In this document: in pieces, positions 59,731-64,000 of the stretch | Layout of the letters: the number at the start of each line of letters is the position of its first letter | Position numbering within the stretch: the stretch's first letter is position 1 | Assembly: GCA_963662405.2 (NCBI GenBank) | Contig: CAXXKT010000001.1 | Coordinates: 1,600,001-1,664,000, forward strand | Reading direction: 5' to 3' | DNA length: 64,000 nucleotides | DNA from: Syntrophales bacterium | GTDB lineage: Bacteria > Desulfobacterota > Syntrophia > Syntrophales > UBA2210 | Translations under genes and position numbers: made by a program | The notes under the pieces: model-generated | The model's input: the letters and a program-made list of their open reading frames with translations, nothing else | Told to the model about the DNA's origin: nothing | The model's database searches: none

Positions 59731-60360
59731 ATGAAAAAGGGACTGATAGGCAAGAAATTAGGGATGACCCAGCTCTTCTGGGATGACGGATCAGTGATCC
59801 CCGTTACCGCCATTGAGGCGGGACCTTGCGTTGTTATTCAAAAAAAGGTTCAGGGTACGGATGGATATGATGCTATCCAGCTTGGGTTTGATCGGGTCAA
59901 GGAAAAGGCCGTTACAAAACCCTTGAAGGGGCATTTTAAAAAGGCGGACCGGGGATCTTTTCGGATTCTTAGAGAATTCAGGTTGGAGTCCATCGACGAA
60001 TATGACGTGGGGTCGGAACTCAATGTCGACATCTTCCAGGTGGGTGAGTATGTCGATGTGGTGGGAACAACCAGAGGTCGGGGCTTTGCCGGTGTAGTCA
60101 AGAGGTACGGATTCAAAGGCGGCAAGGCCACCCATGGATCGATGTTTCACCGGGCACCGGGGTCCATTGGCGCCAGCGCGTGGCCTTCCAGGGTATTCAA
60201 GGGGAAAAGACTCCCGGGACATATGGGGAACCGGCGACAAACCGTCCAGAACCTGATGGTAGTGGGTGTGCGGCCTGAGGAGAATATTATTCTCGTGAAG
60301 GGTGCTGTTCCCAGCAGTACGAACGGAATTGTCTTGATAAAGGATTCTATTAAATTATAA
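59731..60360 (+). CDS. rplC: 50S ribosomal protein L3
   Basis: GKKLGMTQ, HRAPGSIG. Confidence 0.97.
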   Translation: MKKGLIGKKLGMTQLFWDDGSVIPVTAIEAGPCVVIQKKVQGTDGYDAIQLGFDRVKEKAVTKPLKGHFKKADRGSFRILREFRLESIDEYDVGSELNVDIFQVGEYVDVVGTTRGRGFAGVVKRYGFKGGKATHGSMFHRAPGSIGASAWPSRVFKGKRLPGHMGNRRQTVQNLMVVGVRPEENIILVKGAVPSSTNGIVLIKDSIKL

Positions 60361-60373
60361 GGTAGATGAAATA

Positions 60374-60997
60374 ATGCCGCTTCTGAATGTATATGATATA
60401 GATAAAAATACAACGGTGCAGATTGAACTGAGTGATGAGGTCTTCGGTGCTGATGTTAACGAGCACGTCTTGTATGAAGTGGTAAGGATGCAGCTTGCCT
60501 CCAGGCGTCAGGGGACTGCCTCCACAAAGACACGTTCTGATGTGAGAGGGGGAGGGAGAAAGCCGTGGCGTCAGAAGGGAACCGGACGCGCGAGGGCCGG
60601 AACTTCGCGATCTCCTCTCTGGAGGGGCGGCGGTACGGTCTTTGGGCCTCATCCACGGGACTACTCATATAAGGTACCCAAAAAGGTCAGACGGGTGGCG
60701 CTGCGTTCTGCACTGAGTATGAAGGTGAAAGAGGACAAGGTCATTATACTCAGGGATTTCCCAATGGATAGGATCAAGACGAAAGAATTTCAGCAGGTGG
60801 TAGACCGTTTTGAACTGGGGACCACCCTCTTTATCCTTCATGAGAGAAATTCCATACTGGAGAAATCATCTCAAAATATCAAGACGGTGAAGATGATGCG
60901 CGCGGAAGGAATCAATGTTTACGATCTGTTGAAGTACGACACGCTTGTTCTGTTGGAGCCATCCGTGAAAATGATAGAAGGGGCATTGTTATCATAA
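60374..60997 (+). CDS. rplD: 50S ribosomal protein L4
   Basis: [20 protein letters not shown]. Confidence 0.97.
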   Translation: MPLLNVYDIDKNTTVQIELSDEVFGADVNEHVLYEVVRMQLASRRQGTASTKTRSDVRGGGRKPWRQKGTGRARAGTSRSPLWRGGGTVFGPHPRDYSYKVPKKVRRVALRSALSMKVKEDKVIILRDFPMDRIKTKEFQQVVDRFELGTTLFILHERNSILEKSSQNIKTVKMMRAEGINVYDLLKYDTLVLLEPSVKMIEGALLS

Positions 60998-61284
60998 TGG
61001 ATATGTATTCCGTCATCAAGAGGCCGGTTGTAACAGAGAAGAGCACGATAGCCAGGGAAGAAGACAACAAGTATCTCTTCGAAGTTGAGCGAGGGGCGAC
61101 GAAGGTCGAGATCCGCAACGCGGTGGAGAAGATATTCAAGGTCAGTGTGGTGGATGTGCATACCATTAACGTAACCGGCAAGAAAAAGAGGGTCGGGCGA
61201 GTTATAGGCAGGAGACGGAATCGGAAGAAGGCCGTCATCACCCTTGCCCCCGGGAATTCCATAGAGGTTCACGAGGGAGTATAG
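60997..61284 (+). CDS. rplW: 50S ribosomal protein L23
   Basis: PVVTEKS, KKAVITL. Confidence 0.96.
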   Translation: MDMYSVIKRPVVTEKSTIAREEDNKYLFEVERGATKVEIRNAVEKIFKVSVVDVHTINVTGKKKRVGRVIGRRRNRKKAVITLAPGNSIEVHEGV

Positions 61285-61309
61285 CAACAAGAGATTTGGG
61301 AAGACGATT

Positions 61310-62131
61310 ATGGCACTCAAGACGTATAAGCCCACATCCCCTGGGAGGAGATCGCAGACGGGGTCTACCTTCGAGGAGGTAACAAAAGCAACGCCCGAGA
61401 AGGCCTTGGTGAAGCCGCTGAAGAAGAGCGGCGGGAGAAACAACCTTGGCCGTATGACGAGCCGGCATATCGGTGGCGGGCATAAGAGACGATTTCGGGT
61501 TATCGATTTCCGGCGCGACAAGGTGGATATCCCGGCTAAGGTAGCCGCTATCGAGTATGATCCGAATCGCTCCGCGCGGATTGCCCTGCTGCACTATGCA
61601 GATGGCGAGAAGCGCTACATCCTTGCCCCGTTGGGCCTTGAGGTGGGCTCTGTGATAGTCAGTGGAGAGCGGCCGGATATAAAGATAGGAAATACGATTC
61701 CCCTGAAAAATATACCTCTGGGCTCTCTTATTCACAATCTTGAGCTTAAGATCGGGAAGGGGGGGCAGTTGATCCGGAGTGCGGGGTCGTATGGACGGCT
61801 CATGGCAAAAGAAGGATCGTATGCTCAGGTTCGTCTCCCTTCGGGCGAGGTGCGGAAAGTCCTGATGGAATGCAGGGCAACCATCGGTCAGCTGGGTAAC
61901 ATCGAGCATGAGAATATCAGTATTGGAAAAGCAGGTAGGACGCGATGGCTGGGACGAAGACCCAAGGTGCGCGGGGTGGTCATGAACCCGGTGGATCATC
62001 CCATGGGGGGTGGGGAAGGTAGGTCGTCTGGTGGAAGGCATCCCTGTACGCCGTGGGGGGTTCCCACAAAAGGGTATAAGACAAGGAAAAACAAATATTC
62101 TGATAAGTATATCGTGAAGAAAAGAGGGTAG
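61310..62131 (+). CDS. rplB: 50S ribosomal protein L2
   Basis: [21 protein letters not shown]. Confidence 0.98.
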   Translation: MALKTYKPTSPGRRSQTGSTFEEVTKATPEKALVKPLKKSGGRNNLGRMTSRHIGGGHKRRFRVIDFRRDKVDIPAKVAAIEYDPNRSARIALLHYADGEKRYILAPLGLEVGSVIVSGERPDIKIGNTIPLKNIPLGSLIHNLELKIGKGGQLIRSAGSYGRLMAKEGSYAQVRLPSGEVRKVLMECRATIGQLGNIEHENISIGKAGRTRWLGRRPKVRGVVMNPVDHPMGGGEGRSSGGRHPCTPWGVPTKGYKTRKNKYSDKYIVKKRG

Positions 62132-62134
62132 AGC

Positions 62135-62419
62135 GTGGCGCGTTCAATAAAAAAAGGTCCTTATGTCAATGAAAAACTTCTGAAGAAGGTCCGGTCAGCG
62201 GAGACCTCAGGAAGCCGGGCGGTGATTAAAACGTGGTCTCGTCGTTCCATGGTTGCTCCCGAGTTGGTAGGCCATACCTTTGCGGTTCATAATGGAAAGA
62301 AGTTTATTCCCGTCTATGTAACCGAGGATATGGTCGGACATAAGCTGGGCGAATTTGCGCCGACAAGGACTTTTTATAGTCATGCGGGTGACCGGAAAAC
62401 AAGGTTGAAAAAGAGATAA
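62135..62419 (+). CDS. rpsS: 30S ribosomal protein S19
   Basis: [20 protein letters not shown] start. Confidence 0.97.
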   Translation: MARSIKKGPYVNEKLLKKVRSAETSGSRAVIKTWSRRSMVAPELVGHTFAVHNGKKFIPVYVTEDMVGHKLGEFAPTRTFYSHAGDRKTRLKKR

Positions 62420-62437
62420 CCGCGGGGTTTATGACGG

Positions 62438-62776
62438 ATGGAAGCAAAGGCAGTTGTCAAATATGTTCGGATATCGCCGCAGAAGGCACGATTGGTGGTC
62501 GATCTGATCCGAGGGAAGAAGGTTGCTGAAGCGGATGCAAGGCTCGGGTTTACCGATAAAAAGGCAGCCCGTATAGTCAGGAAGGTCCTCAAGTCCGCGA
62601 TGGCGAATGCAGCCCAGAACCCCAATATCGACGAGAATATCCTCTACGTGCGAAAGATATTCGTGGATCAGGGTCCTGTACTGAAGCGATGGAGAGCGCG
62701 TGCACAGGGAAGAGCGGCGTCTATACGGAAGAGGACAAGCCACATTACGGTTATACTGGATGAGGGTAATCTCTAG
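62438..62776 (+). CDS. rplV: 50S ribosomal protein L22
   Basis: [19 protein letters not shown]. Confidence 0.97.
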   Translation: MEAKAVVKYVRISPQKARLVVDLIRGKKVAEADARLGFTDKKAARIVRKVLKSAMANAAQNPNIDENILYVRKIFVDQGPVLKRWRARAQGRAASIRKRTSHITVILDEGNL

Positions 62777-62788
62777 GGAGGTGAAGGT

Positions 62789-63442
62789 TTGGGACAGAAG
62801 GTAAATCCGATCGGGTTCAGATTGGGTGTTAATAAAACCTGGAATTCTCGGTGGTTCGCTGAAAGAAACTACAGTGAGCTCCTCCATGAAGATATACGGG
62901 TCAGGAAAGAAATAAAAACCAAGTTCTTTCATGCCGGGATATCACGGATAGAGATCGAGAGGGCGTCCGATAAGGCGAAGGTGAACATATACACCGCCCG
63001 CCCGGGGATCATCATCGGGCGGAAGGGGACCGAGATCGAGAAGATCAAAAAAGATCTTGAGAAGATCATGACGGGAGAGGTCATCATCAATATCCTGGAG
63101 GTTCGCAAACCCGAAACCGATGCCCAACTCGTGGCCGAAAATATCGCCCTTCAGCTTGTACGAAGAGTCAGTTTTAGAAGGGCTATGAAACGCGGGGTGA
63201 CCACGGCCCTGAAGTTTGGGGTCAAAGGAATCCGTGTGGCATGTGCGGGAAGATTGGGGGGTGCGGAGATGGCACGGCGGGAATGGTACCGTGAAGGAAG
63301 GGTTCCACTCCATACCCTGCGCGCGGATATCGATTATGGCTTTGCAGAGGCACGAACGACCTATGGAATTATCGGTGTCAAGGTTTTGATATTCAATGGT
63401 GAGGTCTTGCCGGAGAAGAGAGAAAGTCAGAGTCAGGTGTAA
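62789..63442 (+). CDS. rpsC: 30S ribosomal protein S3
   Basis: [29 protein letters not shown] start. Confidence 0.97.
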   Translation: MGQKVNPIGFRLGVNKTWNSRWFAERNYSELLHEDIRVRKEIKTKFFHAGISRIEIERASDKAKVNIYTARPGIIIGRKGTEIEKIKKDLEKIMTGEVIINILEVRKPETDAQLVAENIALQLVRRVSFRRAMKRGVTTALKFGVKGIRVACAGRLGGAEMARREWYREGRVPLHTLRADIDYGFAEARTTYGIIGVKVLIFNGEVLPEKRESQSQV

Positions 63443-63460
63443 GGACAGGGATATATACTA

Positions 63461-63883
63461 ATGCTAGCACCAAAAAGAGTAAAATACAGGAAGATCCAGA
63501 AAGGGCGGATCAAGGGCGCGGCCCATAAGGGGCTGAAGGTGGATTTCGGTGAGTTTGGACTTCAGGCGATGGAAAGCGGCCGGATAACGGCCCGGCAGAT
63601 CGAATCCGCTCGTATTGCGATCACGCGTCATGTCAAACGTGGCGGCAAGATATGGATACGGGTTTTCCCGCACAAATCAATCACCCGAAAGCCGGCTGAA
63701 ACACGTATGGGTAAGGGAAAGGGATCACCCGAAGAATGGGTGGCCATCGTCAAAAAGGGGGCGATCCTATATGAGATGGAAGGGGTCCCTGAAGATGTGG
63801 CTCGTGAGGCATTGAGGTTGGCTTCGCACAAGCTTCCGGTGGCTACGAAGGTGCTATCGAGGGAGATTTTCGATGAAAATTAA
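63461..63883 (+). CDS. rplP: 50S ribosomal protein L16
   Basis: RQIESAR, RMGKGKG. Confidence 0.97.
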   Translation: MLAPKRVKYRKIQKGRIKGAAHKGLKVDFGEFGLQAMESGRITARQIESARIAITRHVKRGGKIWIRVFPHKSITRKPAETRMGKGKGSPEEWVAIVKKGAILYEMEGVPEDVAREALRLASHKLPVATKVLSREIFDEN

Positions 63884-64000
63884 GGAAATCAGAGACCTGG
63901 GTGTGGATGAGTTGCAGGAAAAGGAAAGGGGCTTTGCTGAGGAGCTTTTCAGACTTCGCATCAGATTTGCGACGGGGCAGCTGGAGTCTTCATCTATGAT
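63873..64000 (+). CDS. rpmC: 50S ribosomal protein L29 (partial)
   Basis: MKIKEIRDL...[15 protein letters not shown]; runs off the window. Confidence 0.92.
   Translation, partial: MKIKEIRDLGVDELQEKERGFAEELFRLRIRFATGQLESSSM

Noticed and set aside
1..64000. CRISPR array, rRNA, prophage structural genes or defence systems
   Set aside because: No spaced repeat array, rRNA-like sequence or such protein motifs found by eye.

Overview
Bacterial chromosome segment; gene content and protein style suggest an anaerobic Desulfobacterota/Syntrophales-like organism (inference). Left to right: (1) 5' part of a PLP aminotransferase on the minus strand. (2) A cobalamin-riboswitch-led corrinoid uptake/salvage operon: btuC, btuD, an asparagine-synthase-like ATPase, a DUF71/Dph6-like ATPase, cobU, cobT, cobS*, cobC, btuF*, exbB, exbD, tonB and a TPR gene (* = single-base frameshift). 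(3) pyrE and a cell-shape-like cluster (Csd6-like L,D-peptidase, membrane coiled-coil protein, Csd4/Pgp1-like carboxypeptidase, bactofilin). (4) nfi and ribF. (5) A ~14 kb decayed island inserted at tRNA-Leu(CAG), bounded by a 43-bp direct repeat, with integrase and IS200 remnants, an acyl-CoA catabolic cluster and a Na+-pumping biotin decarboxylase module. (6) DUF4124, CsgG-like, isochorismatase, YbeD-like and baeRF/Balon-like genes. (7) A minus-strand module of two CstA paralogues, a small membrane protein, a Get3/ArsA-type ATPase and a protein resembling eukaryotic CCDC47; this is the best candidate for an undescribed system. (8) AmmeMemoRadiSam B and A genes. (9) The core tRNA-rpmG-secE-nusG-rplKAJL-rpoBC-rpsLG-tuf-S10 cluster, which lacks tufB and fusA at their usual positions and encodes an EF-Tu with unusual amino-acid-pocket residues. 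All family assignments come from motif recognition by eye; no searches were run.
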